From: Acidobacteriota bacterium
GTDB lineage: Bacteria; Acidobacteriota; CAIWXX01
Direction: 5' to 3'
Length of the DNA: 51,430 bases
Assembly: GCA_040755995.1 (NCBI GenBank)
Contig: JBFMAF010000022.1
Location: forward strand, 1 to 51,430
Below, piece by piece: positions 8,747 to 18,389 of this stretch. How positions within the stretch are numbered: position 1 is the stretch's first letter; each line of letters starts with the position of its first letter. The notes under the pieces are model-generated. The model saw only the letters and a list, made by a program, of their open reading frames with translations, ran no database searches and was not told the origin of the DNA. The position numbers were made by a program, and so were the translations under genes.

Positions 8747-8780
8747 GAGACCAAGAGTCATGACTAGGAGAGGAGAACAA

Positions 8781-9023
8781 ATGGTTCAAACAAAGACAGA
8801 CAGCGACAGCTCCTACGGTGCGGGTCCGCGCAAGGTCACCGCTTTCGTCGATCCCGAGATCCACCGTGCATTGCGGATCCACATAGGCAAGCACGATCTC
8901 AGCATGCAGGACCTGGTCAACAAGATACTGACTTGGTACGTCTACGAGGGACCGGGATCAGAGAAACCGGAAACGACCGTCAAATTCCTCGACTACTCGG
9001 TAACGGCCAAGAGGCAGGAGTAG
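8781..9023 (+). CDS. small ribbon-helix-helix (ParG/CopG-like) DNA-binding protein
   Basis: AGGAG RBS; RKVTAFVDPEIHRALRIHIGKHDLSMQDLVNKIL fits the strand-helix-helix pattern. Confidence 0.7.
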   Translation: MVQTKTDSDSSYGAGPRKVTAFVDPEIHRALRIHIGKHDLSMQDLVNKILTWYVYEGPGSEKPETTVKFLDYSVTAKRQE

Positions 9024-9041
9024 GCGGGGCGCGCGCCGCGC

Positions 9042-10160
9042 ATGCCAAGAGGCGGCCCGACTGCATTCTTGCCGCCGAGCGCCAATGCGGCCGAGCGGCT
9101 CGTGCTGCGCGTCTGCGAGGAGTGCGGGGGGCGATTCGACACGCTGACATTTCTCGAGGATTTCCTCCCGGATCACCGCGATGAGGTTGCCCCTGAATTG
9201 GATATGGCAGCCCTCAGCCGCGCGGCCGAACGGCTCACGCGTAAGGGGTACCTGCGCCGGATGGGAGGCGGCTGGTTCCGTGTGTGGGACATCGCGGGAG
9301 GACAGCTCGCCCAGGATGAGGCAGAGGAGGTCGATGAACCGGCGCTAGCGGCCGGCGACGGCGAGATGATCGTCGTCCCCGGCGAGGACAGCCGTGTGGT
9401 CGTCGAGTACGCGCGGGGCCGCGTAGTGTACCTCGACTGGAATCCCGAGCGGGCGGCGGCTGTGCCGCATCGGGGGGAAGCTGGTGGTGCGGTCGACCAG
9501 CAGATCCTGGAGCAGTGGTGTCGCGCCGCCGGCGAGGTCTGCGAGCGCAGAAAGACGCAGGGCCTCCTCACGCTCGGCGACGTGCGCACCGTGCTGTCCG
9601 GCTGGCAGTGCGACTACTTCACGGCTCTCGCCGAGGACGAACAGCGGGAGTTCATGGCGATCGTTCAGGACGTCGCGCCGCTGGAACTGCTGACCCCATA
9701 CATGAGGATATGCCGGGAGCAGGCGAGCGGCCTCGGCCCGAGCCCCCGCACGGATCGCTACAGGCGCTACGCGCTGTCGGTGCGCAGCGCGGTCGAGCGA
9801 GGCTACTTGATTCCGCCGCAGGTGAAGCGCGTGGCGCTGCGCGAGCTGGTGGCGAGCTGGAGTGCGATCGGGCAGGGGGCGCCCACGGCCGACAGGGGCG
9901 CCGGCGTGGAGCTGGCGATGGAGCGCGTCGTGGCGAAGAGCTTGACCGAGGTCCTGCATGCGATCGGCCTGACGCCCCGGGCGATCACCGCCGAGCTCAT
10001 CGGGGCCTGCCCGGAGGGCACGGCTGCGGAGTGGCAGAACGCGTACAGGATGGCACTGCGCGAGTTTGGGCTGGCGGCGAAGGAGGAGTCTGAGCTCGAC
10101 GCGGGGACCGGCGACCAGGGGGACCAAGAAGACCGGCCGCAGGGTACCGGATTCGAATAG
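9042..10160 (+). CDS. hypothetical protein, possible N-terminal winged helix
   Basis: 372-aa ORF; LSRAAERLTRKGYLRRMGGGWFRV resembles a wHTH recognition helix and wing; a paralogous remnant lies at 21496-21664. Confidence 0.7.
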   Translation: MPRGGPTAFLPPSANAAERLVLRVCEECGGRFDTLTFLEDFLPDHRDEVAPELDMAALSRAAERLTRKGYLRRMGGGWFRVWDIAGGQLAQDEAEEVDEPALAAGDGEMIVVPGEDSRVVVEYARGRVVYLDWNPERAAAVPHRGEAGGAVDQQILEQWCRAAGEVCERRKTQGLLTLGDVRTVLSGWQCDYFTALAEDEQREFMAIVQDVAPLELLTPYMRICREQASGLGPSPRTDRYRRYALSVRSAVERGYLIPPQVKRVALRELVASWSAIGQGAPTADRGAGVELAMERVVAKSLTEVLHAIGLTPRAITAELIGACPEGTAAEWQNAYRMALREFGLAAKEESELDAGTGDQGDQEDRPQGTGFE

Positions 10161-10182
10161 GGGACTTGCAGCAACCTACTGG

Positions 10183-10446
10183 CTATCTGAGCCTTGCTAT
10201 TGCCCGGTACACCTCATCATCGTTTCGCTTGCCGATCAGGACAACTCGCACGATGTCTTTGTCGACCCGGTAACATATTCGGTACTCGCCTATGTCCACA
10301 GCCGAGTAAGGCGATCCATGCAGTGCGCGAGAATCGTGTGGAGTCATGGTCATCAACGAGAACATCTTGTTCACGACCTGGCGAAACTGCTTGGGCGGCA
10401 AGCCCTGAAGGAAGTCAACGACCCGTTCTTCGACGTCCAGGAGCAT
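10183..10446 (-). CDS. RelE/ParE-family toxin
   Basis: 87 aa, HDSRALHG...VDIGEYRICYRVD...VLIGKRNDDEVYR; overlaps the Phd-like gene. Confidence 0.88.
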   Translation of the reverse strand: MLLDVEERVVDFLQGLPPKQFRQVVNKMFSLMTMTPHDSRALHGSPYSAVDIGEYRICYRVDKDIVRVVLIGKRNDDEVYRAIARLR

Positions 10447-10708
10447 CCTCTTCCGCCCGCTTTGCGTGGATCATCTGCTGAATCCTCTTCATCGTCTTCT
10501 CGGGGCCCAGGAACTTCCCGCTCTTCTCCGCCTCCGCGGCCTTGGCGGCCCAGTATGCATCCTCGATCCTGGCCATCCGCTCGTAATCCTCATAGCGGAG
10601 GACGACGTGCGATGGGCGCCCGCTCCGTTCGACCAGAACGGGCTCCGAGAGCGCCTCGTCGAGGTATCTGCCGAGCCTGTTCTTGAGCTCCGTAGCAGTG
10701 ACCGTCAT
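10415..10708 (-). CDS. Phd/YefM-family antitoxin
   Basis: MTVTATELKNRLGRYLDEALSEPVLVERSGRPSHVVL; GGAGGT RBS. Confidence 0.9.
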   Translation of the reverse strand: MTVTATELKNRLGRYLDEALSEPVLVERSGRPSHVVLRYEDYERMARIEDAYWAAKAAEAEKSGKFLGPEKTMKRIQQMIHAKRAEEDAPGRRRTGR

Positions 10709-10725
10709 GACCGACCTCCACATCC

Positions 10726-10762
10726 AATATAGCCATTGAGCCTAAAAAAGTCAATTGGCTAT
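10726..10762 (-). promoter_or_regulatory. phd-relE promoter with overlapping inverted repeat
   Basis: TTGACT-N17-TATATT; imperfect inverted repeat ATAGCCATTGA...TCAATTGGCTAT. Confidence 0.65.
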
Positions 10763-10817
10763 TTCGGCTGAAACCAGAGGCATTGCCCCGGTCCCACTGT
10801 CTCACCGCAGATCGTCT

Positions 10818-11228
10818 TCAAGGCCAGTGCTCATCCCAATCTGAAGTATCGGTGATGATCCGTTTCTCCCGCTCCTCGGGAGGGATCCTGAATACGCACT
10901 GCTCTTCCCAGGTTCCCCTGAAGTGTTTCCAGAACGCCTGCTGGTAAAGCCTCTTGTTGCGGACCATCTGGCTTACGGGGAGCTGCTCGCGACTCGCCCA
11001 GGTTCGCAGGATGGCAACCAGCGCTTGCTGGATGGACGTGTGATGTCTCGCCGCCTCTTGGTGGATTCGTTGCCATAGCGCGTCCGGAATCCAGAGCTGG
11101 ACAGAATGGTAGCCGCGCTCTTGTCTGCGCTGGCGGAATGTCCGCATACGCGCCGCGGCGTCCTTCGCATCGCCTTCCTTCGGTCGGCCGCGTGGTCGCC
11201 GAACCGGCGCCAACTGACGCCATGGCAT
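10818..11228 (-). CDS. hypothetical DNA-binding protein (AT-hook-like plus RHH-like)
   Basis: RPRGRPK, then AARMRTFRQRRQERGYHSVQLWIPD followed by helices; upstream palindrome GTCACGCGTGAC (11255-11266). Confidence 0.6.
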   Translation of the reverse strand: MPWRQLAPVRRPRGRPKEGDAKDAAARMRTFRQRRQERGYHSVQLWIPDALWQRIHQEAARHHTSIQQALVAILRTWASREQLPVSQMVRNKRLYQQAFWKHFRGTWEEQCVFRIPPEEREKRIITDTSDWDEHWP

Positions 11229-11375
11229 GATTCGTTTCCTCAGTGTGATTTTCCGTCACGCGTGACAGCAAGTCAAGTGCTCTGCGGCTGCGGCGCTCCG
11301 TCATGGATTCTCAGTTTGAAAACCCGCACCGTTCCGCCTCGCGAGGCGCCGGATCACCCCTTGGGCGGCCGGCGG

Positions 11376-11404
11376 TTGAACATTCGTAGCGGGTGCATTA
11401 CAAT
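11376..11404 (+). promoter_or_regulatory. sigma70 promoter, probably leaderless PIN transcript
   Basis: TTGAAC-N17-TACAAT ending 7 nt before ATG 11412; no RBS. Confidence 0.6.
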
Positions 11405-11411
11405 GGGCTAC

Positions 11412-11882
11412 ATGAGGCTGCTGATGGATGCTGACTGCCTGATCAAGCTGACGAAGGCCGGACTGAAAGAGCTAGTGGCGCATCACAACACGGTCACCAT
11501 TCCGCAAGTGGTCTGGGCCGAGGTGGTCGTCGCGGGGAAGGTCAAAGGCATGCCTGACGCCCTTGTCGTTGAGGAGAACGTGAACCGCGGGGTGATATCT
11601 CTGGTCCAGCACCGCGAGGACACGCGCAGTGGCGACAGGGCAATAGTGGTTCTGTTCGATCCGAGGCGATTCGATGCGGTGGCTACCGACGATGCGAGGC
11701 TCGCAAGACTCCTGAGGAGCTACGGCATACCGTTTGTCCTGCCGGCGATGATGATCCATCGGGCTCTGCTCGATGGGGAGCTCGACCTGGACACGGCCAA
11801 GGACGCCCTTCGCCGGCTCGCTCCCTTCATCAGTGAGGAAGAGTGCGGTGCAGTCAGAGTGCTAATGGAGGCGAGATCATGA
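11412..11882 (+). CDS. PIN-domain (VapC-like) protein
   Basis: LLMDADCLI, V..EVV, SGDRAIV, VATDDARL: acidic PIN motifs. Confidence 0.82.
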   Translation: MRLLMDADCLIKLTKAGLKELVAHHNTVTIPQVVWAEVVVAGKVKGMPDALVVEENVNRGVISLVQHREDTRSGDRAIVVLFDPRRFDAVATDDARLARLLRSYGIPFVLPAMMIHRALLDGELDLDTAKDALRRLAPFISEEECGAVRVLMEARS

Positions 11883-12190
11883 ATGTGAGGTCAATACGAA
11901 TCTCGGAGGACCTGGAGGAGGCGATGGAGCACGTCGCCAGGGCAGAGAGGATTGAGAAGGTCCAGTCCCTTCGGAAACTCGCCCGGATGGGATTCGAGTG
12001 CTATGTAGCGCGCGAGTACCGGGAGGCTCGGCTGACCATCAGGGAAGCTGCAAAGCTCCTGCGAATTCCCCTGTCCGAGACCATCCAGCTGTTTGCCTCG
12101 TTGGGTGTCCCAGGCAACATCGGCAGCAGGGAGGTGATGTGGAGCCTGGAGACGATCCGAGGCCGCGTATCCGGCGGCGCGAGGAAATGA
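11879..12190 (+). CDS. UPF0175-like antitoxin (RHH plus HTH)
   Basis: MNVRSIRISEDL...YREARLTIREAAKLLRIPL; ATGA overlap with the PIN gene. Confidence 0.8.
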   Translation: MNVRSIRISEDLEEAMEHVARAERIEKVQSLRKLARMGFECYVAREYREARLTIREAAKLLRIPLSETIQLFASLGVPGNIGSREVMWSLETIRGRVSGGARK

Positions 12191-12410
12191 GCATATCCGT
12201 CCGGTTCGTTGCGCTGTCCACGCCGAGAACTCGACAGGATCGCGGGCAGCTTTGCAGGACGAATGCCACGGGCCGGGAGGATTCACGCTCCCACTTGCGG
12301 ATCAAGTCGACCATCAGAACATGATGGGCGTGGACACCGCCGACTGCGGCGAACGCAACGGGCGATGGGTTCGCTGCCCCGGCGCCGGCGGGCTCCCGGT
12401 GCGTCCGGCA

Positions 12411-14996
12411 TCACTTCACCTTGAACTGGACCGTGTTGCTCTTCTTCCCGCTGACGGTAACCTGCACCGCGTATGTCTTCCCGCTCTTGCACTTGGTCGG
12501 GATCGTGGCGGTGATCTTCGTCGTGGTGGCCTTCGTCACGGTCGCGGCGTACTTGCCGAACTTGACGGTGTTCGCGGTCTTGGTCGCCGAGAAGCCGCTG
12601 CCGTTGATGACAGCAGGCTTGCCGGGCTTGCCCTGCTTGCTGGTGACGCTCGTGATCGACGGCCCGCTCGGGCCTGGCGAGTACGCCTCCTGGTTGATCG
12701 TGTAGGGGTAGCCCGCGATCGTGACCAGCCCACTCCTGGCGGCACCCAGGTTGGGCGCAATGGTCATCACGGTGGAGGCGCTGCCGCTGGCCGTGGCGGG
12801 AGCGAAGCCGATCCACTCCGCGCCCGTGCTCCACGCCGCCCAGGCGCAACCCGATCCGGTGGTCACCGTGACCGCAGTGTTCCCACCGTCATCGGGCCAC
12901 GACTGCGTGAACGGCCCAACGTTGTAGTTGCATATCTGGCCCGCGCCGTTCTGGGTGATCCAGCAGGACGCGCCGCCGTCGCTCGTCGCGACGTAAATGG
13001 ATTCGGCCCGGCCTGACGAGCTTGCGTTGGCATCGACGGTGTACTGCACCGTTCCGCCGTTCCCTCCCGTGCCGCCTGAGGTGATATGTATCCAGGACGC
13101 CAGTGTACTGGCGCTGTAGGAGCACGACGTACCAGTTGTGACCGTTATCGAGCCCCCGCCTCCGGCAGCGTTGTATGCGGCGCTCGGGGGTGAGAGGGTC
13201 ACTGGGCACACTGGCTGGCCGGCCCACTGCCCTATCAAGAACTGCGATTGGCTCGATCCGCTGTTGACATAGATGTATCCGGTTCGATCCATGGTGGTCG
13301 GATTGGCCAGGACCGTATATGAGATCGTGGCGTTGCCCGTGCCGCTAGACGGCGTGAGGTCGGTAATCCAGGGCGCGGTGGCCGTCGCAGTCCATGCGCA
13401 GCTCTGGCTTGAGAGGGTGGCGGCGAAGGAGCCGCTCCCGCCTGATGCGGGATAGATGGGGCCGCTCGGCGGATTGAGGGTGGAGGAGCAATTAGCGGTG
13501 TAAGCGTTTTGTGTGAGCGTGTAAGTGAGCGTGGGCTTCCCGCCGTTCATCGGCGTGATCGTGACATGGGCGACGCGCTGCGAGCCGACGTTCTCAGTGT
13601 AGTTGAACTGGCAAGTGCCGCTGCCCTGGTGCGTGTTGCCGACCGAACCCGCGGGCATGGTGATCGTGAGCCACCCAGCGTCCGAGGCAGCGGACCAGCG
13701 GCAGCCGTTCGTGGCGTTCACAACTACAGACCGGCTACCGGCCTGATAGGTCGCCGTGTAGCTGTATTCGGAGAGCGAGTAGGTGCACGTATCGAGATAA
13801 TCGCGCCAGGTCGCTCCCACTGGCGCGGTGTTGCCAAGCGCACGTACACAATCGGCCGGGTGCGGGTCAGCACCCTCAGCGAGGCCCGTGGGATAGCCGT
13901 TGTAGGGCACTAGCGGGTTGGAGTAGTATAGGATCGTGCTGCACGTGGGGCAACCATCGGGGTAGGCCATCAGGCAGCGGAAGGCCCCTTCCACCTTGTA
14001 ATAGCCGTGGGCGTAGATGTAGGGCTGCGTTCCGGGGTCCACGTACCAGTCGTGCATCAGACCGAGGTTGTGACCGACTTCGTGAGCAACCACGCCGCCA
14101 ACACCTGCCAAGACCCTGTTGATGGGATAGGCGGAGCACGCGAAGGGTGCGAATGCTTGGCTTACGATCGACATGAAACCACCGTAGGCAGCCGACCCAG
14201 GAGTGCCGAGAACTAGGGCCGCGACGTCCGCAGCATACGTATCCTTCTGCTCCAGGATGTCGTCAAAGTATCCATCGGGTATCGTGTCAAGGCGATGTGC
14301 TTCCGCCTCTGCATTGCCGATCTCGGTGTAGCTTGCATACTTGATCTGCCCGACGTTGGCATAATTCAACGCTGCGGCACTGTTGACGCAGGCTTGGTTG
14401 GCATAGTTGGTGGCGAGCTGGCAGACGTTGAGGATATTCGTCCCCCAGTAGGTCGGTGCATTTGTCTCGGCAAGCTGGGTGTAGAGATACAGAATGTTGA
14501 TCGTGGTTGTCATCGCCGTGCGGTCTGTGGACTGAGGCAATGTCAGCGGATAGGGAGGGGGCTCAACGGCGTCGTCGGCGTTCCCGAACGGCTCCTCGCG
14601 CATCTCGCAGACAAGGCCATCGGAGCGCACCCACCAGTTGATCCCTGCGGCGTGGATCCCGCCGGCGACTTCTCCCCTATCGACAAGGAGGATGACGTCC
14701 CCGAAAGGGTCGCCATCTACCTTGCCGAACCAGGTCCAGTTGGTCGCGCTCCTGCGCTCAATACGCTGGCGGGTGAGCTCGAGCCGAGTGCCGAACGCCT
14801 CGACGGTGATCGGATCCGGCCCGTGCTCACAAAGCACACCGGCATTGACCAGTATGCTCTCTGCGCGAACGGCGTTCGGCGGAAGGGTTGGATTCCGTGC
14901 GCCCGGCGTGGCTGTGAAGAGAGGGCGTTCAACCGCACCTGCGGTCAGTGCCAGGATGAGCACCAGGACACCCGGCAATATGCGATCTTGCATCAC
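12411..14996 (-). CDS. secreted M12B/reprolysin-like zinc metalloprotease with four BACON-like domains and a C-terminal IPT/TIG domain
   Basis: Signal peptide, prodomain, HEVGHNLGLMH, Met-turn CLMAY, YYSNP; four C...W.A...W...G.G...N...R...Q repeats; Lys-rich IPT (INGSGFS...VKFG). Confidence 0.9.
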   Translation of the reverse strand: MMQDRILPGVLVLILALTAGAVERPLFTATPGARNPTLPPNAVRAESILVNAGVLCEHGPDPITVEAFGTRLELTRQRIERRSATNWTWFGKVDGDPFGDVILLVDRGEVAGGIHAAGINWWVRSDGLVCEMREEPFGNADDAVEPPPYPLTLPQSTDRTAMTTTINILYLYTQLAETNAPTYWGTNILNVCQLATNYANQACVNSAAALNYANVGQIKYASYTEIGNAEAEAHRLDTIPDGYFDDILEQKDTYAADVAALVLGTPGSAAYGGFMSIVSQAFAPFACSAYPINRVLAGVGGVVAHEVGHNLGLMHDWYVDPGTQPYIYAHGYYKVEGAFRCLMAYPDGCPTCSTILYYSNPLVPYNGYPTGLAEGADPHPADCVRALGNTAPVGATWRDYLDTCTYSLSEYSYTATYQAGSRSVVVNATNGCRWSAASDAGWLTITMPAGSVGNTHQGSGTCQFNYTENVGSQRVAHVTITPMNGGKPTLTYTLTQNAYTANCSSTLNPPSGPIYPASGGSGSFAATLSSQSCAWTATATAPWITDLTPSSGTGNATISYTVLANPTTMDRTGYIYVNSGSSQSQFLIGQWAGQPVCPVTLSPPSAAYNAAGGGGSITVTTGTSCSYSASTLASWIHITSGGTGGNGGTVQYTVDANASSSGRAESIYVATSDGGASCWITQNGAGQICNYNVGPFTQSWPDDGGNTAVTVTTGSGCAWAAWSTGAEWIGFAPATASGSASTVMTIAPNLGAARSGLVTIAGYPYTINQEAYSPGPSGPSITSVTSKQGKPGKPAVINGSGFSATKTANTVKFGKYAATVTKATTTKITATIPTKCKSGKTYAVQVTVSGKKSNTVQFKVK

Positions 14997-15039
14997 GAAT
15001 CACCTGACATGTGATGATACTCTGAATCGCCAGTCGTTG

Positions 15040-18000
15040 CTATTGAGCAACTTCGGCCTCGTCGACGAAGATCGCGACCTTCTTGTTCTTGCCCTTCCCG
15101 GCCGCGCTCTGGAGTGTGATTTTGTGCTGGCCCGGGGAGAGGCCGGAGATGGTGAACTTCGCCTGGTACTGGGTCGCGCCGCTCGTGTGGAGGTCGACAA
15201 TCGTGGTCTTGCTAGAGCCGCTATCGCTGCCGGGTCGCATTGGCAGCTGTTGAATGAGGCCCCTCGCATCGGCAGCCTGCGCAACTGTCCTGGCCGTCGC
15301 GCCGGTAACCGTGATCTTCATCCGGCCGAGTGTCTTGTCCTTCATCGAAATGACGGTAAGGGCTGTCCCGGTGAATGTCCCTGTCGCTACACTCTGTCGC
15401 GACATGCCGCGGTGGCCGGATCCGCCGATGAATTTGGACCCGAAGATCTCCTTCCACGCGCATTCGTACTTCCACTCGGTGACGTAGGTCGGATTGACAG
15501 GCGAGGACGAGGTCTTGAACGAGAGGATCGCTCCATAGGCAGTTCCGCCTGTGTCGGTCCTGCAGGCGAAGCGGACGCAGTACTGCGTGTCTGCGAGGAG
15601 ACCGCCTACGGACCGGGAGTACGGCAGTTCGCTGCTTCCGGTGCCGACCGGCTGCAGCGTGGTGGCGCGATCGAGGTCGGCGCCGCTAGTGCCGTATTCG
15701 AACCAGACCACAGGGTTTGTCCCATTGTTGGGGTTATAGCTGCCATTGAGCTTGGCGCTTGTCTGGCCGATTTCGCTCGGGTCGAGTGTGTTGGCGATCG
15801 GAGCGAGCGGGTTGCTCTGCACCTGAGTTGTGAACTGGACCTCGTTACCGGTGGTGGTGCCTCCACCGTTCGTTGCCTGGGCTACCACGTAGTAGGTGGT
15901 GCCCTGCGTGAGGCCGCTGATCGCGCGGCTCACCCACTGATCCGTTGCTCCGGCGGCAGCGCCGCTGGTCGAGCTAAGCGGGTATGGCCCGCCGGGGACC
16001 TGGCCGTAGCGGAACAGATAGGAGCCGGTATCACCCATCATGTCGACGATGGCATTCAGCACCGCCCCCGTGTAGCCGACCGAGGTCGCATCGAGTGTGG
16101 TGACAGTCGGGGCGCTCGGAGTGCCGAGGACGAACGAGTTGGTGGCGCCGACAGAGGTTCCGTTCAGGTTGGAGGCGCTCAGACGGTAGTACCAGACCAT
16201 CCCGCTTGTGAGCCCGGTGAGCGTGCGGCTCACAGGGAGGTCTGCCCCGCCGCTTCCGGCGTAAGCATCCGATGTGCTGAGTGTCAGGCTCAGCGGGTTG
16301 GTGCCGTACTCGAAGCGCCAGTTGGTGGCGAAGTTGTTGGCGTTCACGATGCCTTCGATCGAGGCGCTGGTATACGACAGGACGTTGCTTCCGCCCGTGG
16401 TTACCGAGGGCGCGTTGGCAGGCGCGGAGAGCGTGGTGAAAGTTGCGTCGCCGCCGTACGTCGTTCCGTAGGCACCATCCTTGGGAGGCTGCTTGGGAGC
16501 CGCGCTCAGGCCGTTGGTCGCGGCGAAGCGATAGTGGTATAAGGTGCCCGGGGTCAGGGAGTTGAGCGTTGTGGAAACGTTCAGGTTGCTTGAGCCTGCG
16601 GCGAAGTTGCCACCAAAAGCGGTGAGGCCGTAGCTGGTGGTTGGACCATGCTCGACGAACCAGTAGCCAGCGGAATTGTTCGGGTTGATCTGACCCGCCA
16701 CTGTGGCGGATGTCTGGCCTATGTTGGAGCTGGTGCCGGTGAGGACAGTCGGGGGGTTCTCGGCACCGGTCGTAAAGCTGACATCGTTGCCGTAACTTGT
16801 CCCGCCTGAATTCTGGCCGACGATTCTCGCGTGGAAGGTGGTCCCGTTGGCGAGCCCGGTCAAGTTGCTGCTGATGTACACAGGGCTAGTGCCATTGCCA
16901 GCGCTCTGTGCTGGCGTGGTATTGCCGTATGCAGTGGTGAGTCCCCATTCGAACCAGGCAATAGCCGTGGCCGCGTTGGGATTGCAGGTTCCGGTCAATG
17001 TGGCGCCGGTCGCAGTTACGTTGGATGGCAGGCCAGTGGCAACTGTCGGAGGTGTTGGCGGGTCCGACTTGAGGGTGATAAAGCTCCTCTCCTCGCCGTA
17101 TCCTGGGCCGTTCACCGAATTCGCCATCGTCCGATAGAAGTACTGAGTGTTTGGCAGCAGGCCGCCCTGCGTGACGGAGACGCCGATCCAGCTCGATCCG
17201 GTGACGGTCCCGCCGCTTGTCTGATTCGTGTAGACGCCACTCGCCGTGCCGTACTGGAAGCACCACTGAGCGCCGCCTGCAATCCCGCGCGCATTGACAT
17301 CTCCCTGCATCACCGCCGAGGTGCTGCTGATGCCACTGGCATCGTAGGTCTGGCAGCCAGGCACGTTGGCCGTCGTGAAAGACTGCTCCGCTCCCTGCAC
17401 GAGCCCCTGGCTGGATTGGGCCTCGACGATGTAGTAGTAGGTCGAGCCGCCAATGAGCCCGCCGATGTCTGCGTTTACCTGGTTGTATATCCAGCCGCCG
17501 CTGGTGCTGTTGCTCGCGCAGCCTGTCGGGCTTGGGGCACCCAGGGGCAACGCTGTCCATGCCGTCTGGTTCGTGTATGGCCCGCCTGGCGTGGTGCCAT
17601 ACTGGAAGCGGTATTGAGTCAGGTAGTAACGAGGATTCACCCGGCCGTTGAGACGCGCGCCCGTGCCGCTGACGTTGCTCGCGGCCAGTGTCTCAATTCC
17701 GGGTGGGTCGCTCGGGACTGTGAAGGCAATCTCATTGCTGGTCGCGCAGTACCACTGACTCGCGGCATAGCCGCAGTCGTTCGACCAGCCGTAGACGACA
17801 TAGATCACAATCGAATAGTTCCCCGGCGCCAGCCCCCAGAACGGCTGGAAGGTGTAGGTCGCGCTTGAGCTCGTGGTGCAGCCCAGCATCCCGTACGCCC
17901 CTGGCATGCTCCAGTCAATCGCGAACCCCGAAGGCCCAGGACTTGAACACCAGCCTCCCATTGCAGTCTGTGCCGTGTAGCACGCCTGGCCCTGAGGGTA

Positions 18001-18282
18001 GACAGCGGCAATGGGACTGCCCGCTTGCCGGACCTGGCCCCAAACGCGGGCCTCAGCGAGCTTGTTGGTGCTCTGCGAGTCTTGGGTGAGGGTAACATTC
18101 ACGGATACGGCGCGGGCCCAATCGTAGGGCGGCCCCCAACCCCAGGCGCCTTGCAGCGATGTCGAAACGCTGTTGATCTGCGCGGTGCCCGTGACAGCAC
18201 CGGCGATTGCGGCTGTGCCGAGCAGTGCGGCTGCCACAGCCATCAGAATCAGAACTCGTGGATGATTGCTCCGTTCTTTCAT
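15040..18282 (-). CDS. secreted protein with seven fibronectin-III-like repeats
   Basis: Signal peptide; Cys/Trp-rich N-domain; seven repeats of PxxxT..A.L.G..NP...F.YG...L..GT.Y......G...G....FTT; basic C-terminal domain. Confidence 0.85.
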   Translation of the reverse strand: MKERSNHPRVLILMAVAAALLGTAAIAGAVTGTAQINSVSTSLQGAWGWGPPYDWARAVSVNVTLTQDSQSTNKLAEARVWGQVRQAGSPIAAVYPQGQACYTAQTAMGGWCSSPGPSGFAIDWSMPGAYGMLGCTTSSSATYTFQPFWGLAPGNYSIVIYVVYGWSNDCGYAASQWYCATSNEIAFTVPSDPPGIETLAASNVSGTGARLNGRVNPRYYLTQYRFQYGTTPGGPYTNQTAWTALPLGAPSPTGCASNSTSGGWIYNQVNADIGGLIGGSTYYYIVEAQSSQGLVQGAEQSFTTANVPGCQTYDASGISSTSAVMQGDVNARGIAGGAQWCFQYGTASGVYTNQTSGGTVTGSSWIGVSVTQGGLLPNTQYFYRTMANSVNGPGYGEERSFITLKSDPPTPPTVATGLPSNVTATGATLTGTCNPNAATAIAWFEWGLTTAYGNTTPAQSAGNGTSPVYISSNLTGLANGTTFHARIVGQNSGGTSYGNDVSFTTGAENPPTVLTGTSSNIGQTSATVAGQINPNNSAGYWFVEHGPTTSYGLTAFGGNFAAGSSNLNVSTTLNSLTPGTLYHYRFAATNGLSAAPKQPPKDGAYGTTYGGDATFTTLSAPANAPSVTTGGSNVLSYTSASIEGIVNANNFATNWRFEYGTNPLSLTLSTSDAYAGSGGADLPVSRTLTGLTSGMVWYYRLSASNLNGTSVGATNSFVLGTPSAPTVTTLDATSVGYTGAVLNAIVDMMGDTGSYLFRYGQVPGGPYPLSSTSGAAAGATDQWVSRAISGLTQGTTYYVVAQATNGGGTTTGNEVQFTTQVQSNPLAPIANTLDPSEIGQTSAKLNGSYNPNNGTNPVVWFEYGTSGADLDRATTLQPVGTGSSELPYSRSVGGLLADTQYCVRFACRTDTGGTAYGAILSFKTSSSPVNPTYVTEWKYECAWKEIFGSKFIGGSGHRGMSRQSVATGTFTGTALTVISMKDKTLGRMKITVTGATARTVAQAADARGLIQQLPMRPGSDSGSSKTTIVDLHTSGATQYQAKFTISGLSPGQHKITLQSAAGKGKNKKVAIFVDEAEVAQ

Positions 18283-18389
18283 GGGGACCCCTCCTATCCC
18301 TCAGGCCGGGTGATGGCCCGGTTATCTGTCCTGCGATAGGTTATCTAATAATAACACACCCTCTGCCCGTCGGCTCGGATCTATTCCTG

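Noticed and set aside
7018..8754. 578-aa minus-strand ORF
   Set aside because: Antisense shadow of the response regulator; no domain features.
14638..16542. Long alternative-frame ORFs (also 18741-20303, 23246-24973, 40175-42088, 47897-49057)
   Set aside because: Arg/Ala/Gly-rich shadows typical of high-GC DNA overlapping well-supported genes.
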